Below the pieces are notes generated by a model, which saw only the letters and a program-made list of their open reading frames with translations, was not told where the DNA came from and made no database searches. Below are positions 13,118 to 26,893 of a stretch of DNA of 64,000 bases, in pieces. The position numbers and the translations under genes were made by a program. The stretch is taken from assembly GCA_951406725.2 (NCBI GenBank), contig OX597823.1, positions 108,934,001 to 108,998,000 on the forward strand, read 5' to 3'. This DNA comes from Octopus vulgaris. Its lineage: Eukaryota. Positions within the stretch are counted from its first letter, which is position 1. The number at the start of each line of letters is the position of its first letter.

Positions 13118-13309
13118 TTGAAGTTAAAGTTCAAATTGGAGATTTTAAAGTGTGTAGTATCAAAAGCTTACTTTGGGTATGCCCCTAGTAGTGTGCTTGC
13201 GGAGCAAGTTCACCTCTAATGGCCAACAGGCGTCATTCGCAGTACTGCACTTTTATCGCAGGATCTACGTAAGGAATCCTTTGGGGTACGTTTAGTATAT
13301 TTTAAATGA

Positions 13310-13965
13310 TTGATACGGAAGGCAGAATGTCCTGGAAGCTTTATTAAGCACAACAATCGTTTCGTTTTTTCTCTCTCTTCCTTTCTCTTTCCTTCTACCT
13401 CCCCCTTCTCCCCCTCCTGTTATTTTCTCACTTATCCTATCTCCCAATTTTTTCCTCTCCCCTTCATAGTTCTCTCTGCGTCATTCTCTCTTCCTCACTC
13501 TTCTTCCCTTTCTCACGTGGCTCCCACGTGACCATCGGCCATCTTTCTTCTCCTAACTTGTGTTCCTTTCTTTCTCTCCGTTGTAGCTGGACCAAGGAAG
13601 ACGTATTCTTGTCTGTCTCCTGTCCAAGATTGATTTACGCGTTCGCCACCACAACCTCGTTTAGGTTTAGCAGCCCTTCCTGTTTGTTTTCACTGTCCTG
13701 TTTCCGTTACCAATGTTGACCCTCCGTAAAATCCCAAATTTTATTTAATTTGCTTTGCGGGAGCAATTGTTTTATCGAAAGCGTATATTGTTGGTAAATG
13801 CTCGAAATACGAGATTACAAAAACAGCCATAACTGCTGAAGGGTCATTCTTTATGTTCTTTGCCTTATTTTCCATTTGTATCTTTCGTTGTTCGAAAAAT
13901 AGTTTATATTCCATGTACTCGTACTTCGTATTTCTTGTACACGTTTCGTGACGTCTTGTGCCCAC
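13310..13965 (+). repeat. Interspersed repeat, same family as 47425-47805
   Basis: Shares ACTGTCCTG..GTTACCA..CAAATTTTATTT(A/G)ATTTGCTTT and collinear downstream sequence with 47517-47800. Confidence 0.6.
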
Positions 13966-14028
13966 ATATGCATGTATATATATATATATATATATATATA
14001 CGTATAGATATAAGTATATATATGCATA

Positions 14029-14086
<58 letters not shown>

Positions 14087-14141
14087 CGTATAGATGTAAG
14101 TATGTACAAATGCATATATATATATATATATACAGGCTCAC

Positions 14142-14180
<39 letters not shown>

Positions 14181-14183
<3 letters not shown>

Positions 14184-14521
14184 CAACAACATTGAGGAAC
14201 GGTTCCCGATATTCTTCGACTCCCTAGAAAGAGCAGCCAAGACTCAAAGCGCTAAATAGTAGTAATTCAGAAATTAAAGGAAAATTAAAAAACATTTACC
14301 CTATTTATCTTTAGACAATGCATTGTTTCGACGTTCTTTATGGGAAACCAGCTGGTTTGCCATAAAGAACGTCGAAACAATGCATTGTCTAAAGATAAAT
14401 AGGGTAAATGTTTTTTAATTTTCCTTTAATTTCTGAATTACTACTATTTAGCGCTTTGAGTCTTGGCTGCTCTTTTCTAGGGAGTCGAATGGCCTATCGG
14501 GGCCGTTCCTCAATGTTGTTG

Positions 14522-14524
<3 letters not shown>
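14181..14524. repeat. Near-perfect 344-bp palindrome (foldback) within (TA)n
   Basis: Arms TTTCAACAACATTGAGGAACGG... / ...CCGTTCCTCAATGTTGTTGAAA, centred on CCAG|CTGG at 14351/14352. Confidence 0.95.
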
Positions 14525-14585
<61 letters not shown>

Positions 14586-14590
<5 letters not shown>

Positions 14591-14702
14591 CGTAGGCTCG
14601 AAACGTAGAAGACTTTTCCATTTCTTCCCGAGCTCCAAACTAAATCACTTACTTGTTCATACACCTGTCTTCGTCGTTTGTTTTTCGATTAATTTCAACT
14701 AT
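14586..14702 (+). mobile_element. Family P Penelope-type 3' module, 5'-truncated
   Basis: AGAGCGTAGGCTCGAAACGTAGAAGACTTT...ACACCTGTCTTCGTC, shared with five other copies. Confidence 0.7.
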
Positions 14703-14789
14703 ATGTGTGTGGGGAAGGGCGTGAATGCGTGTGCGTGTGTGTGTGTATGTATATGTGTGTGTGTGTTACGTATGTAGACCCCATCATCT

Positions 14790-15390
14790 AGCTCAGTGGT
14801 CTGTGTTCTTTGATATGCGTAGCAGGGTCGCAATGTTGTGACCTGTGCAGTGTTCGATGTTGTCAAATCAGGATTTTTCTCCTACAGCCTTTCTTTCGCT
14901 CCTTCCCCTCAATTGTGCCATGAGAAATGTTTTGGGGCAGGAAGTTGTGGCGGGATACATGATCAACCAGGCAAGCTTTTGTATATTTCCTTGCTCAAGG
15001 AATGTTTACTGTCAACCAGCGTATTTGTTGTCCCCTTCAGCAAGTCCCTCTCCATTCAACATGATATTGGTTGTTGCGTTGTGCTTATAAACATAAACCA
15101 GGGTCTTGCCTTTTCCTGTGATGATTTCCATTCCGGATGCTCCTGATATTTTTTCCAGTCTGGTGATGTGGTCCTATAGTTCTGCTTGACTGCTTCCTAA
15201 CAGGTCAATATCATCATCAAAGTGCAGGCTGGAAATGAGCCGGCCTTCAATGGAAACAGAGGGGTGGATGTCTCCAAGAGTTTCCTGCATGATGTTCTCC
15301 AGGAAGATGTTGAAAAGCACTGGAGAGACAATACATCTTTGTCGAACACCCACTGTTGTCCTGGAGGATTCTCCTACGTTGTTGTTCAGA
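14790..15390 (-). pseudogene. RTE-clade LINE reverse transcriptase fragment
   Basis: TTVGVRQRCIVSPVLFNIFLENIMQE...SIEGRLISSLHFDDDIDLL (GVRQG..SP.LF and FADD motifs), with stops. Confidence 0.85.
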
Positions 15391-15511
15391 ACATACACAT
15401 AAATATGTTTATAGATATATGTGTGTATGTGTGTATAAGGATATACTTCTCTAGCATTGCATGTCTTAAGACACTTCTCTATATATTTATGCCTATGTGC
15501 ATGCATGTACG

Positions 15512-16410
15512 TCATTATTCAGTTTCATTTCAAGATTTCTTGCCAATAGAGAAAGAGCTGGTTTCTAACCTAGATCCAAGGCTCCTTCACTGGAATTTCA
15601 ACATCAACGACAAGTTTTTTTGTATGTATGTATGTATGTATGTATGTATATATGTATGCATGTATGTATGTATGTGTGTATGTATGTATGTATGTATGTA
15701 TGTATGTATGTATGTATGTATGTATGTATGTATGTATGTGTGTGTGTATGTATGTATGTATGTATGTATGTATGTATGTATGTATGTATGTATGTGTGTA
15801 TATATATGTGCAGAATTGTATGTTTTACTTTATGTATATATTCTCATGCATATAGTTGCATATCTAAGACATGCTCATATATATTTAAATGATAAACTTC
15901 TGGAAAGTTTTACAAATTTTTACAGTTCCAGTGATGAACTGAATCGGTAGTCTTTGAATTAATTTTGTCCTCTTTGGATTTGAGAAGCCGAATTTTACAA
16001 GATTTGTATTTAGGCAGTGTGTTACATATTCCAGGACTCCAATAATTACAGGTATAGACCTGAACTTGTAGTCTGGATATAGTAACTGCAGATTTCTCAA
16101 TAGTCAGCGTAGGTAGTCTCTTCACTGATCTTCAGTTTTATGCTAACGTTCGCTAGGCAGCTAATTTCCACAGCTACACAGTTTCTCTTCCGCATCCCAA
16201 ATCATTATATCAGGCCTGTTGTGCTTATATTTTATTGAGGTTTTCACTGGGACATTCCACCAGTACTCTTTTTTATTATGAGTAGCTATGGCTTCTACCA
16301 TTCTGTGAGTTCTTACATTTTTGTCCTCGGGGTGATCCTTCCGTCGGATTTCATTATAGAGTGTCCTAGCTACCTCAAGTCTCAGCGGTAGATAATACCG
16401 TGATGACATT
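15512..16410 (-). mobile_element. 5'-truncated RLE-type non-LTR retrotransposon (R4/Dong-like), 3' end
   Basis: YLPLRLEVARTLYNEI...WWNVPVKT...HNRPDIMIWD...IPVIIG...GTVKICKTF (restriction-like endonuclease). Probable 3' UTR contains (TACA)n; bordered by a TATG microsatellite. Confidence 0.8.
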
Positions 16411-16437
16411 ATGTATGTATGTATGTATGTATGTATG

Positions 16438-16481
<44 letters not shown>

Positions 16482-16515
16482 AATGATCTGTCTATTTACC
16501 TACCTACCTATTTGC

Positions 16516-16584
<69 letters not shown>

Positions 16585-16673
16585 AATCACCTATTTATCT
16601 ATCTATTTATCTATTTACCTAGCTACCTACCTATCAACCTACCCACCCACCCACCCACCCACCTATCTATCTA

Positions 16674-17566
16674 ACGACTTTCGGCCCGGGACCTATGGAC
16701 AACTTCCAGAGATCCCTGGCCTGGCGGTGCTACCGAGAAGCGCTACCCGTTCGGGATAAGCTCTATAGGCATGGCTCAAGAAACACGGGGCCGACCTGCC
16801 CGAGATGCGGGCAGAGCGACGAAACCGCTATGCACGCAATCGTGCAGTGTCCAGCAATTTCCGACCTGTGGGCTTATGTCGAACGACTGCTGTCACGTGT
16901 GGGACGTGCCGGTCTATCAGCCGAGTCTATCGTTAATATCTTCACGCCTCCTTCCTTCAAACGGGAAGGAAGAGCTATTTTTATCATACTTGTGGCTATG
17001 GCGAAAGAATGTATCTGGTGGACGCGCCTGAAAGGATTAGAGACAAACACTTTCCTCTCTGGTCAATCTCTCATCAACTTCTTCAAGTATCACTTGAAGA
17101 GGAAAATGAGAGTAGAGAGACAAGTTCTGTCTAGTGAATGTTTTAAAAAAAGATGGGTGAATGTAGCAAGGATGGCACGTATGAATGACGAAGCCACCTT
17201 GACTATGATTCTATGAACCGTAAAAATTAATACAGAGAGTTGCTTATTTGCAAAAAAAAAAGAAAAGAAAGAAATATAACATGTGACTTCATTGACCGAG
17301 GTTACCGTGGTCTTTTCCGTAGGCTTTTCTTTCCACGGGTAAACCTTACCTGTCCTCCCCTTTACACTTCATATTGACATTTCTGTGATTACGATCTCCT
17401 TTTCTTTTTTTTCCCCTCTCCCCCCCCCTTTTTTTTTCCTCTTTCTTTCCTTTTACGATCCCTTTTTTACGATCGAAAACCAACCCCCTTTTTTTTACCC
17501 CAAAAGAAAAGCTCTACCTTGTAATTTTTCTGTCTGTGTGCAGCCCTGTGTGGCTAATAAAGAAAC
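16674..17566 (+). mobile_element. 5'-truncated L1/Tx1-clade LINE (ORF2 C-terminal zf-RVT and 3' UTR) in (ATCT)n
   Basis: SLAWRCYREALPVRDKL...CPRCGQSDETAMHAIVQC (CCHC zinc finger), stop at 17216. Ends CAGCCCTGTGTGGCTAATAAAGAAAC with ATCT repeats on both sides. Confidence 0.85.
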
Positions 17567-17587
17567 ATATCTATCTATCTATCCATA

Positions 17588-17680
<93 letters not shown>

Positions 17681-17707
17681 ATGTATGTATGAATGTATGT
17701 ATGTATG

Positions 17708-17821
<114 letters not shown>

Positions 17822-18489
17822 CCTACCTACCTACCTACCTAATTACCTACCTACCTTCCTATTCATCTCTCTATCTATCTACCTACCTACCTACCTACCT
17901 ACCTACCACCTACCTATCTCTTCATTCATGCATCATTAAGATGTTTTAAGTGATATTATAAATCAACACCAACACAATTCTTCCTAACACCCTTCCGTCA
18001 TTCCGCTCCACTCAACCCTACAGCATCCTTCCCCTCCTCCAGGCTTAACACGTTTCACCCTTCCTACCAATATTGATGTCACTAAGAACAACTAAGTACC
18101 AAATCCTTGCAATGTAGAATTGAACCCACCACTCTTAATCCTCCACCGCCTTTCAAATCCTCTTCTCCTTACCAGATTCCACCAGCTTTCGTCTTGCGCT
18201 GCACCGAGTGGGATGGGTCAGGCTGGTTTTTAAAATGTTAAAATGTTGAGAGTTGCTGACAGAGTTGGTGGTGGTGGTGGTGGTGGTGGTGGCGATGGTG
18301 GTAGTGGTGGTGGTAGATGTATATTGGAAGGGAGTGTGATGAAATGGCAGGTATAGGGAGGTAGGGTGGCCACCACCAGTGAAATAGCCATTAAGATTTT
18401 TATCTGAGCAAATGTCAGTTTTATAGATATTAATTAGTCATAACGCATCTCCTCTTGTCGTCTTGCATCCTTCTTACATTATCATCTCC

Positions 18490-18850
<361 letters not shown>

Positions 18851-19649
18851 TTGTTTTCCATGTTCTTTCATTATTACCAATTTGTAATTTTTTCCCTTTT
18901 TTTGAAAAAAAAAAAATTTAAACTCCTTGTTTATATTTTCTATTATTTATTATGTTATTTTTACTTAACGTCTAGCTCCCCCACACAACTTTCCCCACCC
19001 TTTACTCCCTTTTCTTCACAATTTATTTTTATGTTTTAGAACTTTTATTATATTGCTTTTTTTTGTTTTTTTGTTTTTTTCTACACTTTTTCTTCTTACT
19101 TTTTGCAACAATCTGAAAATTCAATTTATGAAAAGCAATTTTCATAAATGTTTAAAAAAATAAACTAACAACAAACAAAACATTGTAATAACAATGGCAA
19201 CCACCACCACCACAACCACCACCACAACACCACCACCACCATCTCTACCACCACTTCCATGACCACCACGTCTACCACCAATATCACTATAACTACAACG
19301 ACAATCACAATAATAATAAAATTATTAATTTTGTAATTTATGAGTGTAAGTATGCGTGTTCGTGTGAGTGTGCAAATTTGTATGTATGTGTTTGTATTTA
19401 TGTGTATGGATGTGTATGTGTCTATGTATGTGTATGTATGTGTGTTTGAATGTGTGCGTCTTAGTCTGTAAGAATACGTGTGTGGTGTGTGTGTGGTGTG
19501 TGTGTGTGTGTGTGTGTCTTTATTATGTGTTTATTTTATTTTGCAATTCACAAAAGGTCTAAGTTTGTTACCAAATTAACAAATAGGGGGCAATGTTGTC
19601 TACAATGGTGACCCCCATCACATATAACAGGACCTGAGGCTGATACTGA

Positions 19650-19671
19650 AGGTGATGGTGATGGTGATGGC

Positions 19672-19708
<37 letters not shown>

Positions 19709-20172
19709 GATGAACGGTAATTAGTGGGCGTGTAGGTGGTGGGGATGTCGACGGTGATGGTGATGAGAAAGATGCGGATGGTTCTGCTAATAATGACGGT
19801 GATAGTGGTGATAATGATGATGGTGGTATCAGCAGCAAGGATGATGATGATAAGGAGGTGGATGAGAATAACGATGATGGTGGTGGTGTTGGTGATGATG
19901 GGGATGATGATCATAATGATAGTGGTGGTCATGGTCGTGGTGTTGCTGCTGCTGCCGTTGTTTTTGTTGTTGGTGGTAGCGATGGTGGTGATGATGGTGA
20001 TGATGATGATGATGATGATGGTAGTGGTGATGGCGATGGTGGTGGTGGTGGCGGCGGTGATGATGATGATGATGGTAGTGGTGGTAGTGGTGAATGTGAT
20101 GATGATGGTGATGGTGGTGGTGGTGGTGATGATGATGATGATGATGACGACGACGACGACGACGACGACGAC

Positions 20173-20203
<31 letters not shown>

Positions 20204-20222
20204 GTGATGGTGATGGTGATGG

Positions 20223-20255
<33 letters not shown>

Positions 20256-20275
20256 GGAGGAGGAGGAGGAGGAGG
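19650..20275. repeat. (GAT/GGT/GAC/GAG)n trinucleotide low-complexity tract
   Basis: Directly visible; explains the homopolymeric ORFs. Confidence 0.9.
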
Positions 20276-20827
20276 AAAATATTGGTTGAAATATTAGTGT
20301 ATGTAATACTGACGCTGGTGCTTATGCTCCCGACGAGACTATCAATGGTAACCCAAGCATTTGTCAACAGCATTTTCCTTGTTTTATCTTTGTCTCGGCC
20401 CTGATCGATCAGGCCTAAACCTATAACCACAGAAATCCGGATCGTGTCCAAGCCTGGCTTGTTCATATTTTGCAGGAATCCCAGATCACATGATCCTACT
20501 CTCAGAGGGCAGCAGCTAAATTTGAGGGCATCTGGCTGCTATTTCTAACAAGTCCTAGAGATTCTAGTTAGCTCGGGCAAACTCAAATATCGTTGCTAGT
20601 GGTCGTGGGTGGTGGCAGTGATAAGTCTAATGAAGGAGAGGGTGGCGATGGTAGTGTCGTGTTATGAGATGTTGAGCGCAGTTTAGAAATTATGTAAAGA
20701 TGCAAGATACTCTAGAAAATGATGAATATAATGGGAAAGTTAGTGAAAATAATTATTGTGTAAAGATATTTATGGAAAAGGTGATTATATGAACACACAC
20801 ACACACACAGACAACACATACATGCAC

Positions 20828-20891
<64 letters not shown>

Positions 20892-20964
20892 TTCATACAT
20901 ATATATATATATATATATACATATATATACACACATATATATATATACATATATATATACATAC

Positions 20965-21018
<54 letters not shown>

Positions 21019-21350
21019 TATTATATGTATATATATATATATACATATACATTAATATATATATTAATATGTATACACACGCACATATTCATATATATCA
21101 ATAAATATATATATATATAGATACATAAATATACATGTATATTAATATGTATACACACACATATATATATATTATATATATACATAAACATAACAAACAC
21201 ACATATGCTCACGCATACATACATGGGAATTATACTTATGACGGAATGTTTATAAGAATGGTGATTATATAGTGAGATTGATGAAAAATGGTGATTAATG
21301 TTAATGAAAACTGTGATGATACGATTGTGTTTATAATAATATTAATTATA

Positions 21351-21712
21351 GGCGCAGGAGTGGTTGTGTGGTAAGTAGCTTGCTTAACAACCATATGGTT
21401 CCGGGTTCAGTTCCACTGTGTGGCACCTTGTACAGGTGTCTTCTACTCTTGCCTCGGGCTGACCGAAGCCTTGTGAGTGGATTTGGTAGACAGAAACTGA
21501 AAGAAGCCCGTCGTATATATGTATATATACGTGTGTGTATATGTTTGTACGTCTGTGTTTGTCACCCCCCATCAACATCGCTTGACAACCGATGGTGGTG
21601 TGTTTAGTCCCCGTAACTTAGCGGTTCGGCAAAAGATACCGATAAAATAAGTGCTAGGCTTACAAAGAATAAGTCCTGGTGTCGATTTGCTGGACTAAAG
21701 ACGGTGCTCCAG
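21351..21712 (+). mobile_element. SINE family A (tRNA head, CORE-like middle, internal microsatellite)
   Basis: GGCGCAGGAGTGGTTGTGTGGTAAGTAGC (A box)...GGGTTCAGTTCCACTG (B box)...GTGTCTTCTACT...GGTGCTCCAG. Confidence 0.85.
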
Positions 21713-22310
21713 AACAAATATTAACATGGCTGTCTAAATATTCATGATGGTCTATATATTCGAGGCATGACTTCAATCGGAAGCCATAACGTATTGCATG
21801 ATTCTGTAAAGTGATTAAGAAGAGACAGTCGATACAGTTATTGCCCCAATGTATTTATTGTGCCACCAAGTTAAAACAACGGGCCAAATATTGTTGTGTG
21901 AGACCACTAAGAAAAGTTATGCTCAGTTTTGAAAATCAGTTGCCTCCTGGGACACGACTGTAGTTTTGAAAGTACAAAAGAAAGAGGACATATATGGACC
22001 GTTAATGAGGAGTTTGTAAATTCAGTACCCAACATATGATTTCAGCTTCGTATCTATAATTATTAACCCGTCTGGAACAAAAATATGACTGAACTTCGGA
22101 TTTGGAAAGAGAATGAAAATCCTTAATTCATAAGCTACAAATGATCACGATATCTGGAAGTATAAAAATATGCAAGATCATCTTTGGATTTGAAGGACGA
22201 TGAACAAAGCAAGATGCTTTCCTTGACAACCTTGCTACTAAGTCGGTGGCCGGTCAAAACTTACTCTAGATCAAAAAGAGAAAGAGATGACATGCATACA
22301 TACGTACATA

Positions 22311-22565
22311 TTCTTTTACTCTTTTACTTGTTTCAATCATTTGACTGTGGCCATGCTGGAGCACCGGCATTAGCCGAGAAAATCGACCCCAGGACTTATA
22401 CTTTGTAAGCCTAGTACTTATTCGATCGGTTTCTTTTGCCGAACCGCTAAGTTACGGGGACGTAAACACACCAGCATTGGTTGTCAAGCGATGTTGGGGG
22501 GACAAACACAGACACACAAACGTATACACACACACACACACATACACACATATATCTATATATAT

Positions 22566-22628
<63 letters not shown>

Positions 22629-22790
22629 CGACAGGCTTCTTTAAGTTTCCATCTACCAAATCCACTCACAAGGCCTTGGTCGGCTCAAGGCTATAGTAGA
22701 AGACACTTGCCCAAGGTGCCACGCAGTTGGACTGAACCTGGAACTATGAGGTTCGTAAGTTAGCTACTTAACACACAGCCACTCCTACGT
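22311..22790 (-). mobile_element. SINE family A, full length
   Basis: Reverse complement of the 44351 copy, including the AGTAAAAGAG tail. Confidence 0.85.
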
Positions 22791-23290
22791 CTACGTACAT
22801 ACATATATACATACATTCAAGCACTTAGTACACCATGACATGAATCTAAGCCATGGTGAAGGTCACTGAACCCACGTGATTGAGAATTGTTGCAGGAAAT
22901 CCTGAGGGATGCTCTTCATTGAATTTATTGTAAGCATTTACGCTACTTTCTACCAGCATTTAAAAGAAACGTGCAGAAAGGCCTGCACAAGCCTTCACCA
23001 CTTAAAAAAGTCATCTGTGTGAGCCACCTCACGGTTATATAAGGTTGTTGAAGCGTCCTACGTTGAAATCGATGGGGCAACCGAATACATGTGTAATTAT
23101 AAACACACGCACACACAGATACACGCACGCACATGCATGCGCACGCGCGCACACAGATACACAAACACACTCACACACACAACCCAACGTGACCCGTAGA
23201 TATTTGCATTTGTTCAATCATTGAAATTGAGTGGCAATCGAAGGATTCACGAAGTTAGAAGGAATAATTAGCCATTATGAGATACATTGA

Positions 23291-23948
23291 GGCGTCGACC
23301 TGGCAGAATCGTTTGGACGCCGGGAAAAATGCTTAACAGTAACAATTCGCCTAACGTTCTGAGTTCAAATTCCGCCAAGGTCGACTTTGCCTTTCATCCT
23401 TTCGGGGTCGATAAATAAAGTACCAGTAACGCACTGGGGTCGATGTCATCGATTTAATCCATTTGTCTGTCCTTGTTTGTCCCTTCTATGTTTGGCCCCC
23501 TTGGTATTTCGTCTGCCGCTACGTTCTGAGTTCAAATTCCGCCGAGGTCGACTTTACCTTTCATCCTTTCGGGGTCGATTAAATAAGTTTCAGTTACGCA
23601 CTGGGGTCGATATAATCGACTTAATTCGTTTGTCTGTCCCTGTTTATCCTCTCTGTGTTCAGCCCCTTGTGGGTAGTAAAGAAATAGGTATTTCGTCTGC
23701 CGCCACGTTCTGAGTTCAAATTCCGCCGAGGTCGACTTTGCCTTTCATCCTTTCGGGGTCGATAAATTAAGTACCAGTTACGCACTGGGGTCGATGTCAT
23801 CGACTTAATCCCTTTGCCTGTCCTTGTTTGTCCCCTCTGTGTTTAGCCCTTTGTGGGCAATAAATAAAAAAAATAAGTACTGGGATCGATGTAATCAACT
23901 TACCACCACACTCGAAATTGCTGGCCTTGTGCCAAAATTTGAAATCAT
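23291..23948 (+). mobile_element. Tandem/nested array of SINE family B (3 units plus host tail)
   Basis: GAGTTCAAATTCCGCC(G/A)AGGTCGACTTT..CTTTCATCCTTTCGGGGTCGAT occurs three times, with junctions at ~23503, ~23687 and ~23875. Confidence 0.9.
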
Positions 23949-24164
23949 TATGTGATTCATTCAGGTTAATTCCTCCTCTGCTTTCTCGAATATAACGATG
24001 TATACATAGTGTGCAGACACCCGATATAAGAGACATACATACACCCGCGGGTGTATGTATATCTAAAACCTCGACCTAAGCTAAACGCGAAAGCCAATTC
24101 AGTAAACATAAGAGATGCAGATAGACTAAACAATAAAACAAACAGCTCAGTGCCTTCCTTTCAC

Positions 24165-24795
24165 ATTCATCATCATCATCACATCATTATTCTCCACTTC
24201 CTCCCCTCCTCCTCCTCCTACTCCTCCTCCTCATCATCAACATCATCATCGTCGTCGTTGTCACCACTCTCATCATCAATACTTATGGCTCAACAGCAAC
24301 ATTACCACCGCCTCCACCGCCGATACTACCACCGCCGTCACCACCGCCACCACCACCGCCGACACCACCAACACCTCCACTACCACCACCACCACCATCA
24401 TCATCACCACCCAAAACCACCACCGCCCACATCCCACGACCACCACCGCCCCCACCTCACGACCACCACCGGCACCAGCGCCACCGCCGCCATCACGACT
24501 ACCTCCACCACGACCACGACCACCACGACCACCACCACCGACACCGCTGCCACCACCACCATCTCCACCCCCACCCCACCACCGACACCTCCACCACCAC
24601 CATTGGCACCAGCGCCACCGCCGCCATCACGACCACCTCCTCCACCACCACCACCACCACCACCACCACCGACACCGCTGCCACCCCACCCCCACCATCT
24701 CCACCCCCCACCATCTCCACCCCCACCCCACCCCACCACCGACACCTCCACCACCACCATTGGCACCAGCGCCACCGCCGCCATCACCACAACTG
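24165..24795. repeat. (CAC/CAT/CCA)n low-complexity tract with internal duplications
   Basis: The block TTGGCACCAGCGCCACCGCCGCCATCAC recurs. Confidence 0.85.
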
Positions 24796-25136
24796 CTAAT
24801 TGACAAACAATCCGTTTCTTTAAAGAGAATCTGATAGAAATGAAAACGAAACTGAAAAGTTAATCAATAAAATATATTCTTCAGTGTTTTCATGAAAATA
24901 AATGGTAAAAAATGAAATCTACAAAATGCATTTGGTAACATTGGCGGAGGAGTATTGACTGTGCTCTTGAGGAGTTCGCTTCGCATCCGATTGGTTGCAG
25001 CTCCTGACTCACTGTGAAACACCCTGGGTAACTTGTGCAATTGCTCCATACCAAACAATTGACTAATGACTTGTGAGTGGAGTTGGTAGGGGAAAATGTG
25101 CGGAAGCCCATTGAGTGTGTTCACGCATACTACATA

Positions 25137-25167
<31 letters not shown>

Positions 25168-25499
25168 TCTAATCCTAGTTTAATGCTTTTTTTTTTAATT
25201 GCTAGGTCTTTTAGAAAATATCTGTACCCATGACCTTTCCAGGCCCGCCAATCAGGTGAGATTGATGTCGCTAATATCTCACTTGAACTTTTGTAAGTCA
25301 ACACCTGTGAGAAAGATAGCAAGGAGGGACTTCCAGGGTTAAGATATTCCACGAAGAAAGATTGAGTAGTGATTAGTAGTGGTAACAGTTGTAATTGTGG
25401 TGGGGTTGGATATAATAATAATGACTGGAAAAGAGATGCGAGGGACGGCAGTGTCTTAGTGGATGCGGCATGAGCCCAGGCAGTGCCAAGGAGGAAAGT

Positions 25500-26100
25500 C
25501 TATTTTCTTTAATTAAATGTTACAGTAGAATTACACCACATCTCTTTTTCAATGTCCAAAGCTTGTTTAGAATCTTCACTGGATAATTACAAGGACTGTC
25601 TTCATTTTCGCAGGAAATGATCCTTTTGTAAGAAACCGTGTCTCCATCAAATTTATTGATTACTCCTTCATTTATAGGGTCAACACCCTCATTGGTAGCG
25701 GGTAGTATTGCTCGGTCTGCCGAATTCAGTGAGCGGCAAAACTGATTCATTTATTTTACTTTCTCTCGCTGCCACCTCAACACCATTTGGGAGTTCAATC
25801 TTGCCATGACAGTAAAGTTACTCCGCACGATTCAAAAAATCATCCCAGCCACGAAATTTTCATTTCTGTAGATGCACGTTGGTAGTAAATTTCAGCTTCG
25901 TATTCTCTTCCAAACAGGAAACTGGGCCATAACCATGTTCAATACAGTTGCACCGACAGCCTTCTATAATATAGAAGAGTTTATCGTAACTCACCTAAAA
26001 ACAGATCGTGCGCTTATCTCAAAATTTGGAATGTTTCATTCCAACAGTTTCGAATTAGTTTGCCGCTTTGTCGTCGATACTAATGTTGCAAATAGAATGT
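25500..26100 (-). pseudogene. Helitron PIF1-type helicase fragment
   Basis: LKFTTNVHL...DRAILPATNEGVDPINEGVINKFDG...YPVKILNKL..LKKRCGVILL resembles PIF1 motifs LTTNMR, RAILAPTNE.VD.IN, YP.EFLNSL and LKVG.P.ILLRN. Confidence 0.75.
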
Positions 26101-26204
26101 TTATGAATGGAAATTACAAAGTTGAATAAGCTAAAGACTAATTTTTGTCCAAAAATGCAACCAGTTTTGAAGATACATTAATCCTAAACATGGTTCCTTA
26201 TAAT

Positions 26205-26594
26205 ATTTTCTATTGTAGGCACAAGGCCTGAAGTTTTGGGGGAGGGGACTATTCGATTACATCGATCCCAGAATTTCACTGGTACTTAATTTATCGACCC
26301 TGAAAGGATGAAAGGCAAAGTCGACCTCGGCGGAATTTGAACTCAGAACGTAGCGACAGACGAAATACCTATTTCTTTACTACCCACAAGGGGCTAACCA
26401 CAGAGAGGACAAACAAGGACAGACAAACGGATTAAGTCGATTATATCGACCCCAGTGCGTAACTGGTACTTATTTTATCGACCCCGAAGGATGAAAGGCA
26501 AGGTCGACCTCGGCGCAATTTGAACGTAACTGAAGACGAAATACGGCTACGCATTTCGCCCGGCGTGCTAACCACTCTGCCAGTTGGCCGCCTT
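26205..26594 (-). mobile_element. SINE family B dimer (tail b unit joined to tail a unit)
   Basis: Minus-strand junction GTAAAGAAATA|GGTATTTCGTCTG at ~26370, identical to the junction at 23687. Confidence 0.85.
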
Positions 26595-26786
26595 CAATCT
26601 AGATCCCATATCCGAGACAAGAACAACATCCAGTCGAGTGCAGGAAGCCACATTCTTTCTACTCCACACATATCGTTGCTCATTTTCATGTTCTCAAATA
26701 GTAACTTTTCAAATAATCGAATAATTTTCATCGTAAGATTCTGAATAAAGACTGTCATCATTTGCTAATATTTCATATTTTCTTCC

Positions 26787-26893
<107 letters not shown>

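Noticed and set aside
19618-20466. Long poly-Asp/Met/Ile ORFs resembling acidic biomineralisation proteins
   Set aside because: Trinucleotide low-complexity tract open in several frames on both strands, with no splice or signal-peptide context.
23350-23880. CRISPR-like regularly spaced repeats
   Set aside because: Whole ~180-bp units repeat with no unique spacers; this is a eukaryotic SINE array and no cas genes are present.
24051-24803. 250-aa His/Thr/Pro-rich ORF (extensin- or mucin-like)
   Set aside because: Derived from (CAC)n repeats and open on both strands.
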